A stretch of DNA of 64,000 nucleotides from Escherichia phage F2. The notes below the pieces were generated by a model. It saw nothing but the letters and a program-made list of their open reading frames with translations. It was not told the DNA's origin and ran no database searches. The position numbers and the translations under genes are program-made. The stretch lies in sequence record NC_054913.1. One strand, written 5' to 3'. Positions 27,654 to 37,587 of the stretch are shown here, in pieces (the stretch's first letter is position 1; every line of letters starts with the position of its first letter).

Positions 27654-29867
27654 ATGATTATTGAAACGGCTAAAGAAACGATTATTGGTTCAGGTGGTAA
27701 GAGCACAGCATTTACTATTCAAGGCAATAGCAAAGTTTATAAGATTTTGTCTAATGACCTTTATACAAACAAAGAATTGGCTTGTGTACGTGAATTAATC
27801 ACAAACTGTATCGATGGTCAAATTCTTAATGGTTGCACTGATAAGTTTATTGTTCAGGCTCCAGGTCGTTTAGACCCACGTTTTGTAGTTCGAGACTTTG
27901 GTCCTGGTATGAGTGATTTCACCATTCGAGGTAATGACGAAGAGCCAGGAATCTATAACTCATATTTCGCTTCAACTAAAACATCGAGTAACGATTTCAT
28001 TGGTGGATTCGGACTCGGCTCTAAAGCTCCACTAGCGTATACCGATACGTTTAACCTTACGTCTTATCACAACGGTGAAGTTCGTGGTTATGTAATTTAT
28101 CAAGATGACAGTGGTCCACAGATTAAGCCGACCTTCGTAGATAAGATGGGCCCTGATGACCGGACCGGCGTTGAAGTAGTTGTGCCTGTTAACCCAGAAG
28201 ATTTTGAAAAGTTCGCATCCGAAATTGCTTATGTTATGCGTCCTCTCGGCGATATTGCAGAAGTTCGTGGTGTTAAAGATATCAAATACTTCCCGGAATT
28301 CGATGATGTATATTTGGCCAAGGAAGCTCCATGGGGTGAACGTGGTAATATCATGGCTGTTTATGGTGGTATTGTATATCCAATCGGAAGTGTTATTAAA
28401 GAACAAACATGGATGATGACGCGATGCACTACAGCTTATATTAAATTCCCTATGGGTGAACTAGATGTAGCCCCGTCTCGTGAAGCATTGTCATTTGATA
28501 AACGTACAGTAGCAAATATCCATAAACGTGTTGCAGAAATCGATGCAAAATTATTTGCTGAAGACTCTAAGAAATGGATTGATTGTGAATATCCACGTCA
28601 TGTATTCCGTGAAATCGATTCTCTTGGTTACTCTGCTCGTAGATACATGGAAAAAGCCGGTTCTAATATTGAATCACTGAAATATTCTAAAGAACAGCTA
28701 ACTTATTCTGAGTTGTACAAACGTTTTAAAATGGGTCCTGAATGGTGCAACCTTGGTGTTGTATACGATATCGTTTCAGATCCACGACTTCGTCGTATTC
28801 GTGAAAGCGGAAGCTCGTCTTCAACTATTTCAATTAATAGCCTGCTAGGTATTAGTCGTAAGCATATTGATATTGTTATTGACGATGTGAAAGGCCGCGT
28901 ACCAATGATGCGTGCTCTGAACGATGCTTTGACTTCCACCGATGCATCAACACTCGTTGATAAGGTTCCTTCCGGATGGGGTAGTAGCGTATTATTCGTT
29001 AATCCGGAAGATGAAGTTGCAATGAAACTTCTAGAACGATTAAAGGTTATTTTCGCTGGTGATAGCCTTAAATTTTATAAGACCTCTGAAATTCTTGCAT
29101 TAGTTAAACCGTGGATTGAAGTTAAAGAACGTTCATCACAGCCTCGTCCTAAATCACCGAGTGCTCATCGGTTCTTTAAGAATGAAAACGATGTTTGGGT
29201 ATCAGAAGATCTCTTTATTCCGGCCGGTAAAGCTGATGAGATTCAAGGTTATGTTGTAATTCGTAATCGTTCTAACGCTGAATGTCTTGACGCAGATAAA
29301 GGTTGGTTGAACTATGATTCTAGTTTCTTGACTCGTATTGCCGATTTATCAGGTATTAAAGAGTTCACTGTAGTCCGTCCACAGATTGCTAAGAAAGTTC
29401 GTAAACTTGGTGAAGTAGAATGCTTGTTCGAAAAATCAATTAATGACTATATTACGCTAATTGATAAAGTGGATTATGATGAGTATGTATCGCCAAGTCG
29501 TAGAGCACAGCCTTATTTGAATCATATTACTCGTAATGAAGAGCTTAACTTCCTTAGTAAGTATTTTAGCTCTAAGAACAAAGAAATCAGTAAAGATTTT
29601 GCAAAACTTTCAACAGTAAATAATCGTTGGGGATGGAATCGATTCGCAGGTGCTGATAATAGAGACCTGAACAGGAAGTTAGAATTGTGTGCTAAAATTT
29701 TCGATAAGCTTAAAGATAATGCTTACGATAATGATGATAAAATGGTTATTGAATTTGAAACCAATTATCATATTGTGTCAGAATACATGGGACGACGTGG
29801 TACTCTTTCTAAAGAACAGGTCGCTCAAATCGTTAAATTCATGAAGGCCGTGGAAGCGGCCAAATAA
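27654..29867 (+). CDS. rIIA: rIIA protein
   Basis: MIIETAKETIIGSGGKSTAF...LYTNKE...RELITNCID...GRLDPRFVVRDFGPGMSDF...IGGFGLGSKAP matches T4 rIIA. Confidence 0.9.
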   Translation: MIIETAKETIIGSGGKSTAFTIQGNSKVYKILSNDLYTNKELACVRELITNCIDGQILNGCTDKFIVQAPGRLDPRFVVRDFGPGMSDFTIRGNDEEPGIYNSYFASTKTSSNDFIGGFGLGSKAPLAYTDTFNLTSYHNGEVRGYVIYQDDSGPQIKPTFVDKMGPDDRTGVEVVVPVNPEDFEKFASEIAYVMRPLGDIAEVRGVKDIKYFPEFDDVYLAKEAPWGERGNIMAVYGGIVYPIGSVIKEQTWMMTRCTTAYIKFPMGELDVAPSREALSFDKRTVANIHKRVAEIDAKLFAEDSKKWIDCEYPRHVFREIDSLGYSARRYMEKAGSNIESLKYSKEQLTYSELYKRFKMGPEWCNLGVVYDIVSDPRLRRIRESGSSSSTISINSLLGISRKHIDIVIDDVKGRVPMMRALNDALTSTDASTLVDKVPSGWGSSVLFVNPEDEVAMKLLERLKVIFAGDSLKFYKTSEILALVKPWIEVKERSSQPRPKSPSAHRFFKNENDVWVSEDLFIPAGKADEIQGYVVIRNRSNAECLDADKGWLNYDSSFLTRIADLSGIKEFTVVRPQIAKKVRKLGEVECLFEKSINDYITLIDKVDYDEYVSPSRRAQPYLNHITRNEELNFLSKYFSSKNKEISKDFAKLSTVNNRWGWNRFAGADNRDLNRKLELCAKIFDKLKDNAYDNDDKMVIEFETNYHIVSEYMGRRGTLSKEQVAQIVKFMKAVEAAK

Positions 29868-29876
29868 GGAAACATT

Positions 29877-30812
29877 ATGTACAATATCAAATGCTTGTCC
29901 CAAGAAGAACAGTTAGAAGCTTACGACCTGGTCAAATCAGGCAAATGGACCCGTAAAGAAATTGCCGATTACTTTGACATTTCAACAGATACTCTTCGTA
30001 AGATTGTTAAGAATTTTAAAGCTGAAGAGAAAGCAGCTGAATTTGAAGACGAAGAACAGGTCCCAGAAAATAATGAACCTATTATTACAGGTCATCGTCC
30101 AGAAATCGTATGGAACGCGTCATCTAAATTTATTTCAATCATTGAAGGACGCGTAGCATACAATGCGACCCCATCAAGTCATGCAAATTTTGAAGAAATT
30201 AAAGCCAATTTGGTCGCAGGAAACCTTAGTAAAGCTGTCGAACTTATTAACATCAAGAAAGCTATTACTAAGTTTGTTGACGGTAATGTTACTATTGAAG
30301 GTGGTAGTTTATTTTATCAAGGTATAGAGATTCGTTCAGGGCTGGTTAACCGTATTATTGATTCCATGGAAAAAGGCGAAGACTTTAAATTCTATCTGCC
30401 GTTCCTTGAAAACCTGTTAGAAAACCCAAGCGAAAAAGCTGTACAACGTTTATTCGACTTCTTGGTTGCAAACGATATTGAAATCACTGAAGACGGACAT
30501 TTCTATGCGTGGAAAGTAGTTCGTAAAGACTATTTAGATTGCTATAGCGGCACATTTGATAACTCGCCTGGTAAAGTTGTTTCAATGCCTCGTACTCGTG
30601 TTAACGATGATGATACTCAAACCTGCTCTCGTGGTCTACATGTTTGTGCTAAATCATATATTCGTTACTTTGGTTCTAGCTCAGATAAAGTTGTTAAGGT
30701 TAAAGTTCATCCACGTGATGTTGTGTCCATCCCAGTTGACTATGGCGATGCTAAGATGCGTACTTGTCGTTATGAAGTAATTTCAGACGTTACTGAATTA
30801 TTTGCAGAATAA
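29877..30812 (+). CDS. rIIB: rIIB protein
   Basis: MYNIKCLSQEEQ... with long C-terminal identity block (GGSLFYQGIEIRSGLVNRIIDSMEKGEDFKFYLPFLENLLENPSEKAV...) to T4 rIIB. Confidence 0.9.
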   Translation: MYNIKCLSQEEQLEAYDLVKSGKWTRKEIADYFDISTDTLRKIVKNFKAEEKAAEFEDEEQVPENNEPIITGHRPEIVWNASSKFISIIEGRVAYNATPSSHANFEEIKANLVAGNLSKAVELINIKKAITKFVDGNVTIEGGSLFYQGIEIRSGLVNRIIDSMEKGEDFKFYLPFLENLLENPSEKAVQRLFDFLVANDIEITEDGHFYAWKVVRKDYLDCYSGTFDNSPGKVVSMPRTRVNDDDTQTCSRGLHVCAKSYIRYFGSSSDKVVKVKVHPRDVVSIPVDYGDAKMRTCRYEVISDVTELFAE

Positions 30813-30816
30813 TAAT

Positions 30817-30840
30817 TGGGGACTTCGGTCCCCTTTTTTC
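30817..30840 (+). terminator. rho-independent terminator after rIIB
   Basis: ggggacttcggtcccc + ttttttc. Confidence 0.8.
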
Positions 30841-30853
30841 TTTAGGGGTAATT

Positions 30854-31141
30854 ATGATTCATCCATTTGACGTATCAGAATCCAAAATTGCTAATCTTCG
30901 TGGTCATCATAAGTGTAAATCAGTTTATTGTGCTAAATTGGTAAAACATCCTGGCGATGCACACTATGGTTGGTTAGAATGCGACGAAGTTGTTATTGAA
31001 ATCCCACCGGTAGATGCAGAATATCTTGAAGAAGGTGACCGCATTTATTTTGGCGAACTACACATCAGAGGTATCTATGGTAAAGACGAACTTGGGACTG
31101 TTGAGACTGAAGAATCTTCCGACATTTATCCTGTCGAATGA
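30854..31141 (+). CDS. hypothetical protein
   Basis: 95 aa ORF with Cys/His pairs (HHKCKSVYC..HYGWLEC). Confidence 0.45.
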   Translation: MIHPFDVSESKIANLRGHHKCKSVYCAKLVKHPGDAHYGWLECDEVVIEIPPVDAEYLEEGDRIYFGELHIRGIYGKDELGTVETEESSDIYPVE

Positions 31142-31157
31142 GTTTTTGACTAGTGAA

Positions 31158-31634
31158 ATGAAGGTGAAGATTGCTGACACTGCTCGGTACTCGTTGAAAC
31201 AAGATCCAGGCCAAAACAAAGAAGATGTAGTTCGACGTTGTAAGGTTGCGGTCTTTGCAGAGTATGTAGTAGCAAATTGGTTAGACGGATATGTTAATAA
31301 AGGTATTGAAGACGTAGAAGACCCGTACACGTATGCATGGGACGTGTTAGCCCATCCCAAGTATTGTGGAATTCGTGTAGAAGTCAAGACACACCAGATA
31401 GATTCTAAATGGATTTCGGTTACCACAGGATACAGTGGTGATTATCCGGGTGGTAATGGAATCAATATAGGGCCCTTCTTGAACCATCGAGTCGCAGATT
31501 GCATTATTATATTAGATGTCAAAGAAACCTCACCTGACGTCTTCTCCTATTCTATAAAGTTCGTGGGAGACCATGAAGACCTAAAGAAAATCGTCCGCAA
31601 GAGCAACTACAACGGGTGGTATCTTCATCTTTAA
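31158..31634 (+). CDS. hypothetical protein (T4 denB position; identity unverified)
   Basis: Start taken at first ATG after upstream stop rather than overlapping out-of-frame 31014 start. Confidence 0.4.
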   Translation: MKVKIADTARYSLKQDPGQNKEDVVRRCKVAVFAEYVVANWLDGYVNKGIEDVEDPYTYAWDVLAHPKYCGIRVEVKTHQIDSKWISVTTGYSGDYPGGNGINIGPFLNHRVADCIIILDVKETSPDVFSYSIKFVGDHEDLKKIVRKSNYNGWYLHL

Positions 31635-31646
31635 TTTCATAAAAGT

Positions 31647-31676
31647 GTTTACAACTAAGTAGGACTATGATATAGT
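31647..31676 (+). promoter_or_regulatory. T4-type early promoter module
   Basis: gtttac ... tatagtagtcttatc. Confidence 0.45.
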
Positions 31677-31702
31677 AGTCTTATCTAAAAGAGGATAACA
31701 TC

Positions 31703-31966
31703 ATGAAATTTAAATTTTTCTACGCAAAACATAAAGTAACAGGCGAATTTGTTTCAATGTACAACACTGCAGATGACGAAGGGATGATTTATACCCATTT
31801 AGGACTATCTCATTGGGACTCAGACGTGCCTTATATGTCATCTGAAGCAGAAATAACTCGTTTAGTTAATGGACATATGAATGACCATTTTAGTGTTATT
31901 CTTTCTAAAGACCTTAAAGATGTTATCAACAAAGGATATATGGAACTCGCGGAAGTTGAGATATGA
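31703..31966 (+). CDS. hypothetical protein
   Basis: 87 aa ORF after promoter module, SD AGAGGA. Confidence 0.45.
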   Translation: MKFKFFYAKHKVTGEFVSMYNTADDEGMIYTHLGLSHWDSDVPYMSSEAEITRLVNGHMNDHFSVILSKDLKDVINKGYMELAEVEI

Positions 31967-32159
31967 GCTCTAAAATGTGGATCGGAATATGGTTGCTTAG
32001 TATCCCTATGATTTGTATAATATTTTCAATTGCATTGAGATACTTATGAAAAAATGCACTTCTTGTTATACTAAGAACAATTTGTGATACGGGTTTTTAC
32101 ATCGCATGTTCGTTCACTGGAACATGGTTGGCTTTAACATATTTTAATGTAATTTAATT

Positions 32160-32189
32160 GTTTACATCAAGGTAGGATTATGGTATAGT
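32160..32189 (+). promoter_or_regulatory. T4-type early promoter module
   Basis: gtttac ... tatagtagtcctatcaa. Confidence 0.45.
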
Positions 32190-32217
32190 AGTCCTATCAA
32201 AATATGAGGAACACAAA

Positions 32218-32418
32218 ATGGCTAAGCTTTTTAAAGATGTTGAAATTGGTGAAAAATTTGTTCTGAATAATGGTCAGCAGCTTATTCGTGTAGCTTCTAT
32301 CGCCGGACAAACTCATAACTGTATCGCCCCAACGTGTTGGACTCGATTCTTTATTGAAGATGACACTGAATGTTTAACTATTGAAGAGCTTTTTGAACGT
32401 TCTGATATAGCCGAATAA
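32218..32418 (+). CDS. hypothetical protein
   Basis: 66 aa ORF after promoter module. Confidence 0.45.
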   Translation: MAKLFKDVEIGEKFVLNNGQQLIRVASIAGQTHNCIAPTCWTRFFIEDDTECLTIEELFERSDIAE

Positions 32419-32420
32419 AA

Positions 32421-32450
32421 TTGTACAAACTCTTGAGAGCAGAGTATAAT
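32421..32450 (+). promoter_or_regulatory. early promoter-like module (TTGTAC, TATAAT) with palindrome gagagcagagtataatgctctc
   Basis: Near-identical copy of module at 62095. Confidence 0.45.
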
Positions 32451-32494
32451 GCTCTCATGGATTACAAAAACATTAATCAATTGAGGAAATTAGC

Positions 32495-32941
32495 ATGTCC
32501 AAATATTTAACTCGTAAAGACCTTCTGGCAGTTGGCGGTGAAGTTGTTGCAGTAGTTCGTAATGGCGAATACGGTTCTGAAGTTTCTAAAGAGTTTCGTT
32601 CTCGTGAAGGTTTTTACTTCTTTGTTAAAGGTTCATCTGACTGGCGTCAAGTTGCAGCACGATTCTTTGTAGGACGTCAACGTTCTAAACAAGGGTTGGA
32701 TGCAATTCTTTCTCACATTCGTCAAGGCCGTTCGCAACTAGCCCGTACTATGGGCACTAACAATATTGAATATGATGTAATCTTTGTTGCAGCTAAGAAC
32801 ATGAAACCCCTGACTACTGGTTATGGTAAAGGACAATTGGCTCTGGCATTCACTCGCAATCATACATCAGAATATCAAACACTCACTGAAATGAACCGTC
32901 TTCTGGCTGATAATTTCAAATTCATTCTGCAGAGTTACTAA
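32495..32941 (+). CDS. hypothetical basic protein (T4 ndd position; identity unverified)
   Basis: 148 aa, similar size to T4 Ndd (about 151 aa), between rIIB and 52. Confidence 0.45.
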   Translation: MSKYLTRKDLLAVGGEVVAVVRNGEYGSEVSKEFRSREGFYFFVKGSSDWRQVAARFFVGRQRSKQGLDAILSHIRQGRSQLARTMGTNNIEYDVIFVAAKNMKPLTTGYGKGQLALAFTRNHTSEYQTLTEMNRLLADNFKFILQSY

Positions 32942-32993
32942 TTTATACAGGCCTAGCTTAATAGGCCTTTAATTTATTTTTGAGGTAATTAAA

Positions 32994-33137
32994 ATGGTAA
33001 CATGGATTGCATTGTTGTGTTGGTCGTTTTTATTCATTAACACTTTAGTTACAGGCGAAACAACAGTATTTCAACAGGCGGTATCACAAGGTACATTAGC
33101 GGTCTTAGCTCTTTTTAACGTATTAAAAGGCGAGTAA
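32994..33137 (+). CDS. small hydrophobic membrane peptide (47 aa)
   Basis: MVTWIALLCWSFLFINTLVTGETTVFQQAVSQGTLAVLALFNVLKGE; SD GAGGTAA; T4 encodes small peptides (ac, stp) in this interval. Confidence 0.35.
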   Translation: MVTWIALLCWSFLFINTLVTGETTVFQQAVSQGTLAVLALFNVLKGE

Positions 33138-33277
33138 TGATTAAGAAAATCTTAGCAGGAGCCTTCGGGCTCTTGTTGTTGCTTACTGTTCTGTACTACG
33201 GTGTGATGTTTGGGCTAATCCAAGTAGTGCTTTTCATTTCGGATGTTATAATGGTTATTCGTTCATTAGTATGGTGA
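33137..33277 (+). CDS. small hydrophobic membrane peptide (46 aa)
   Basis: MIKKILAGAFGLLLLLTVLYYGVMFGLIQVVLFISDVIMVIRSLVW; TAATG coupling to previous peptide. Confidence 0.35.
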   Translation: MIKKILAGAFGLLLLLTVLYYGVMFGLIQVVLFISDVIMVIRSLVW

Positions 33278-33281
33278 AAAT

Positions 33282-34607
33282 ATGCAATTGAATTCTCGTA
33301 ATCTAAAAAGTATTATTGATAACGAAGCCTTAGCATATGCGATGTATACCGTTGAAAACCGTGCAATCCCAAACATGATTGATGGATTTAAGCCGGTTCA
33401 ACGTTTTGTGGTTCATCGTGCGTTAGATTTGGCTCGTGGTAATAAAGAAAAATTTCATAAACTTGCGTCAATTGCAGGCGGTGTTGCAGATTTAGGTTAT
33501 CACCATGGTGAAATCTCTGCGCAAGACGCGGGGGCTTTGATGGCTAACACATGGAATAATAACTTTCCTCTGTTAGACGGTCAAGGAAACTTTGGTTCTC
33601 GAACAGTCCAAAAAGCAGCGGCAAGTCGTTATATTTTTGCTCGTGTAAGTAAAAATTTCTATAACGTATATAAAGATACTGAATATGCTCCAGCTCATGA
33701 AGATAAAGAACACATTCCACCAAAATTCTATCTTCCTATTATTCCGACAGTTCTTTTGAATGGTGTCTCTGGTATTGCAACCGGTTACGCAACAAATATT
33801 CTGCCTCATAGTTTTAAATCAGTCAAAAAGGCCGTATTACAAGCTCTTCAAGGTAAAAATGTCACTAAGCCAAAAGTTGAATTCCCGGAATTCCGTGGTG
33901 AAGTACATGAAGTTGATGGGCGTTATGAGATTCACGGAACATATAAGTTCACATCTCGCACTCAAATGCAGATAACTGAAATCCCATATAAATTCGACCG
34001 TGAAACGTATGTGAGTAAGGTTCTTGACCTATTGGAAGACAAAGGTCTAATCTCATGGGAAGATGATTGCGGTGAACACGGCTTTGGGTTTAAGGTGAAG
34101 TTCCGTAAAGAGTACTCGCTTCCTGATGATGAAGAGCTACGTCATGAAAAAATCATGAAAGATTTTAGTCTCATCGAACGTCGTTCACAAAACATCACAG
34201 TGATTAATGAAAAGGGTAAATTAGCAGTCTACGATAACGTAGTGGACTTAATCAAAGATTTTGTTGAAGTCCGTAAGACTTACGTTCAGAAACGTATTGA
34301 CAACAAAATCCTTGAATCTGAAAAAGCGTTTAAACTTGCTTTTGCTAAGGCACACTTCATCAAAAAAGTTATTACAGGTGAAATTGTGATTCAGGGCAAG
34401 ACTCGTAAAGCTTTGACTGAAGAGCTAGCACAAATCGAAATGTATAAAGAACATGTCGATAAACTGGTAGGTCTTAACATCTTCCATATCACTTCCGACG
34501 AAGCACGTAAACTAGCAGAAGAAGCTAAAGCTAAGAAAGAAGAAAATGAGTATTGGAAGTCTACCGATGTTGTGACAGAGTACACTAAAGACTTGGAGGC
34601 ACTTTGA
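33282..34607 (+). CDS. 52: type II DNA topoisomerase medium subunit gp52 (GyrA-like cleavage-religation)
   Basis: 441 aa; GyrA-like N-terminus with candidate active-site Tyr context AASRYIFARV; size matches T4 gp52. Confidence 0.9.
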   Translation: MQLNSRNLKSIIDNEALAYAMYTVENRAIPNMIDGFKPVQRFVVHRALDLARGNKEKFHKLASIAGGVADLGYHHGEISAQDAGALMANTWNNNFPLLDGQGNFGSRTVQKAAASRYIFARVSKNFYNVYKDTEYAPAHEDKEHIPPKFYLPIIPTVLLNGVSGIATGYATNILPHSFKSVKKAVLQALQGKNVTKPKVEFPEFRGEVHEVDGRYEIHGTYKFTSRTQMQITEIPYKFDRETYVSKVLDLLEDKGLISWEDDCGEHGFGFKVKFRKEYSLPDDEELRHEKIMKDFSLIERRSQNITVINEKGKLAVYDNVVDLIKDFVEVRKTYVQKRIDNKILESEKAFKLAFAKAHFIKKVITGEIVIQGKTRKALTEELAQIEMYKEHVDKLVGLNIFHITSDEARKLAEEAKAKKEENEYWKSTDVVTEYTKDLEAL

Positions 34608-34683
34608 GTGCCATAGCCTTAGGATTTCTCGGTGCAATAGCTGCACTAGTGATTTGGCTGTATTGGTTGGACAAACATGATTA

Positions 34684-34706
34684 GGGAGCTTCGGCTCCCT
34701 TTTGTG
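34684..34706 (+). terminator. rho-independent terminator downstream of gene 52
   Basis: gggagcttcggctccc + tttt. Confidence 0.7.
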
Positions 34707-34725
34707 CATTTTTCTCACAAAAACA

Positions 34726-34754
34726 GTTTACTTTTGCTTCAAACATGATATTAT
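34726..34754 (+). promoter_or_regulatory. T4-type early promoter module upstream of motA
   Basis: gtttacttttgcttc-...-tattatagacctatcaa. Confidence 0.5.
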
Positions 34755-34793
34755 AGACCTATCAAAACAAAACAACCAAATTGGAGAAATAAA

Positions 34794-35426
34794 ATGTCTA
34801 AAGTTACTTACATCATCAAAGCTTCTGAAAACGCTCTGAATGAAAAAACTGCCGCAATAATGGTTTATATCATTAAGAACAACTTCACCACTGCTGCCAA
34901 TGTCCGTGAAGCTCTAGAAGCGGAATACAATGCATCGGTTGTTAACTCTAACATTGGCGTATTGATTAAGAAAGGTTTAGTCGAAAAATCCGGTGATGGA
35001 CTTATAGCAACAGGCGAAGCAATGGATATTATCCAAAAAGCTGCAGACCTCTTTGCCCAAGAAAATGCTCCAGAACTTCTTCAGAAACGTAACACTAGAA
35101 AAGCACGTGGAGTTACTCCTGAAATGCATGAATTAGCAAACTTTGTTTTTGAAAATATTAAAGATAAAGTTGAAGTTAAAGAAATTGGTGAAAACCGTAG
35201 TAACTTGGAAGTTCGATTTGCAAAACGAGTTCTAGGTATTCGTCAGATCGAAATTCGTCGAAATGGTTCTCTTAGAATCTTTGCATACAACATGTCAGAA
35301 ACCGAATCAAAGCTGTTTACTTCTCTTGAAAATGATGTTAAGATTAAGATCGGTGGTAAATATACTTACATTGACTTCCCTAATGTGTCCAAAGAAATCA
35401 TTACCCTTGTAACTAACGTACTGTGA
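34794..35426 (+). CDS. motA: MotA middle-transcription activator
   Basis: MSKVTYIIKASENALNEKTAAIM...NSNIGVLIKKGLVEKSGDGLI...QENAPELL matches T4 MotA. Confidence 0.9.
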   Translation: MSKVTYIIKASENALNEKTAAIMVYIIKNNFTTAANVREALEAEYNASVVNSNIGVLIKKGLVEKSGDGLIATGEAMDIIQKAADLFAQENAPELLQKRNTRKARGVTPEMHELANFVFENIKDKVEVKEIGENRSNLEVRFAKRVLGIRQIEIRRNGSLRIFAYNMSETESKLFTSLENDVKIKIGGKYTYIDFPNVSKEIITLVTNVL

Positions 35427-35436
35427 GGAATACATA

Positions 35437-35793
35437 ATGAATAAGCTGAATATTATTAACGAACTTCGTAAATGTGCAGAACCTACTCAGGAAGGATGGG
35501 ATATTTGGTACCACGGGGCTTATCTTGGAACTATAGTTAAAGTTAAAGCTGGGTTATATTTAATTATTCGCGAAAATTCTGAATTCCCTAATGGAGTAGC
35601 TCCTGGCGGTATACGTAAAAACTTTATGGCAGCGATCAGTTCATTTGTTGATGCCGCTTACGAAATCTATAAAGAAGATTATAAAGAAGATTATAAAGAA
35701 TATCAGCAGTCACAACCGGTTATTCGTTCGATTGGTGTAAATAAACAAGCACAAAAATCTATTTGGCAACGTATTAAGGAATGGTTTAAATGA
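35437..35793 (+). CDS. hypothetical protein
   Basis: 118 aa ORF. Confidence 0.45.
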   Translation: MNKLNIINELRKCAEPTQEGWDIWYHGAYLGTIVKVKAGLYLIIRENSEFPNGVAPGGIRKNFMAAISSFVDAAYEIYKEDYKEDYKEYQQSQPVIRSIGVNKQAQKSIWQRIKEWFK

Positions 35794-36251
35794 AATCATT
35801 TAAAGAACGTTTAGAGCTATTAGATTTGGCCTTGTCTCGTGAGACTCCTGAAAGTCTAGCAGAAAAATTACAGTCCTACGGTTATAATTATTCTGCTGAT
35901 GATGTAATGAATGAAGTTCCTGAAATCTGTTGGCAAACGTGCTATTGGAATAATGACCAAAAAGTTCAACGTGTTATAGTATGTGCAGCTAATAGGTTTA
36001 AATTGAAGAGTGGTGGAACTCTGGTTATTCCTGGAGTTCGTCATTACTCTAAAGATATGGCTGAAGTACTTGATATAGTTGGTCCTCAATTAGTCTCGCA
36101 ACAAGTTTGTGGTGACGATCAAGGCTTTATCGACCAATACTCTAATTACTGGACTCGTGAAGAAGCAATGATTATTGCAACGTATGCTGGACAGGTACGT
36201 ATTGAACGTGGCGGAAGTGAGAAAGAACTTTATTCAGAGGACCTTTATTAA
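35790..36251 (+). CDS. hypothetical protein
   Basis: 153 aa ORF, ATGA overlap. Confidence 0.45.
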   Translation: MKSFKERLELLDLALSRETPESLAEKLQSYGYNYSADDVMNEVPEICWQTCYWNNDQKVQRVIVCAANRFKLKSGGTLVIPGVRHYSKDMAEVLDIVGPQLVSQQVCGDDQGFIDQYSNYWTREEAMIIATYAGQVRIERGGSEKELYSEDLY

Positions 36252-36532
36252 TGAATATTAAACAACTCCAGAAAGATGCTATTGAATCACGCATCCAAGA
36301 TATCAAACGTCTTAATCATATGATGGAAGAAAACTATGGTATGTATGCTAATCAGCCTGGTTGGGACGCTTTAGACCATCCTTATTTGGTTAATTTATGT
36401 AAAGGTGATACGTTAGCAATTATTCGTGATGGGTTAAAACCTTTCTTACGCGACATGTATATTAAAATGAACGAAGAAATTATTAGCTCGTTGCAATATC
36501 AATTAAGGAAATTAGATGATGAGAATAATTGA
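36251..36532 (+). CDS. hypothetical protein
   Basis: 93 aa ORF, TAATG overlap. Confidence 0.45.
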   Translation: MNIKQLQKDAIESRIQDIKRLNHMMEENYGMYANQPGWDALDHPYLVNLCKGDTLAIIRDGLKPFLRDMYIKMNEEIISSLQYQLRKLDDENN

Positions 36533-36743
36533 TTCTAAAGCAGATTATTTTAATTCTGTTAATGATAAGAATAAAGCTTTAATTCGCCACTTTATTACTG
36601 AGATGGGATACACTGACTCTAAAGATTTGAAAGAGCACATTATCGAATGTTCTGTGGCTAAAAAGTTTTCTTTTACCGATAAATGTTTAAACGAGGTTAT
36701 AAAGCATTATGAACAATCTTGTAGCAAAACACGATTTCAATAA
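36516..36743 (+). CDS. hypothetical protein
   Basis: 75 aa ORF. Confidence 0.4.
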   Translation: MMRIIDSKADYFNSVNDKNKALIRHFITEMGYTDSKDLKEHIIECSVAKKFSFTDKCLNEVIKHYEQSCSKTRFQ

Positions 36744-36817
36744 GGCTTCTGTTCATAAGGACAAGAAGAAATCAGAACTTCAATCTAAACGTAAACAAAA
36801 ACATAAGGGTAAAGACT

Positions 36818-37117
36818 ATGCTTACTAAAATCAAAGAAAATCCTTCAACTGAACTTGTTATTCGATGCGAAGAACTTGCAGAGCTTTATCAGGTTAACCG
36901 AGAAGTATATCGTAGTGTTGTTGCAGATATGGCAGACGAAGTATGTTCTCGTATTCCTTTTAGTGTTGATTTCAATCACATGAAGCCTGGTGAAATCACT
37001 ATCGTCTTTGGTTCTGACTATACTGAAGAACGGGCTCTTAATGCCCTAGAATATGAAATGTCGTTCTTCGACATACAGGACTATATTGATAGTTATAAGG
37101 AACGATATGAGTCATAA
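36818..37117 (+). CDS. hypothetical acidic protein
   Basis: 99 aa ORF with SD AAGGGTAAAG. Confidence 0.45.
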   Translation: MLTKIKENPSTELVIRCEELAELYQVNREVYRSVVADMADEVCSRIPFSVDFNHMKPGEITIVFGSDYTEERALNALEYEMSFFDIQDYIDSYKERYES

Positions 37118-37268
37118 TCTTCAGAACGTAGTAGAGGCCGAACGTGAGCGTGAGGCTTTAGTCTATAATGAACTATTAGTTCCGTTCTTGGCCTTACACT
37201 CGTACGAACAGGAAGACTACACCAATTACGTTAAAAGCGTAGAAAAAGCCATTTACAATCAACACTGA
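37107..37268 (+). CDS. hypothetical small protein (53 aa)
   Basis: ATG overlapping upstream gene end; low support. Confidence 0.3.
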   Translation: MSHNLQNVVEAEREREALVYNELLVPFLALHSYEQEDYTNYVKSVEKAIYNQH

Positions 37269-37314
37269 TAATGGTACTATACTCTTATCAATTAAGTGGA
37301 ATGAATAAAACGTT

Positions 37315-37587
37315 ATGAATAAAGACATTGAAATCGTACGTGAAATTATTACTATTGCTTCTATTTTGATTAAATTCTCTAGGGAAGATATTGTTGAAGA
37401 CCGAGCAAGTTTCATCGGATTCTTGAATGAGATTGGAATTAAAAAAGATGGTCGGCAGCTAAATCAGAATTCGTTCAGAAAACTAATTACAAATTTAACT
37501 GCCGAAGAAAAGAAAACACTGATTAGTGAATTCAACGAAGGTTTTGAAAATATTTATCGTCATTTAGCGATGTATTCTAACAACTAA
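37315..37587 (+). CDS. asiA: anti-sigma-70 protein AsiA
   Basis: MNKDIEIVREIITIASILIKFSREDIVEDRASFIGFLNEIG... matches T4 AsiA (90 aa). Confidence 0.9.
   Translation: MNKDIEIVREIITIASILIKFSREDIVEDRASFIGFLNEIGIKKDGRQLNQNSFRKLITNLTAEEKKTLISEFNEGFENIYRHLAMYSNN

Noticed and set aside
31014-31634. Longer 206-aa version of the ORF starting at 31014
   Set aside because: Would overlap the upstream 95-aa gene by 128 nt; start at 31158 directly after the upstream stop is more consistent with the compact organisation.
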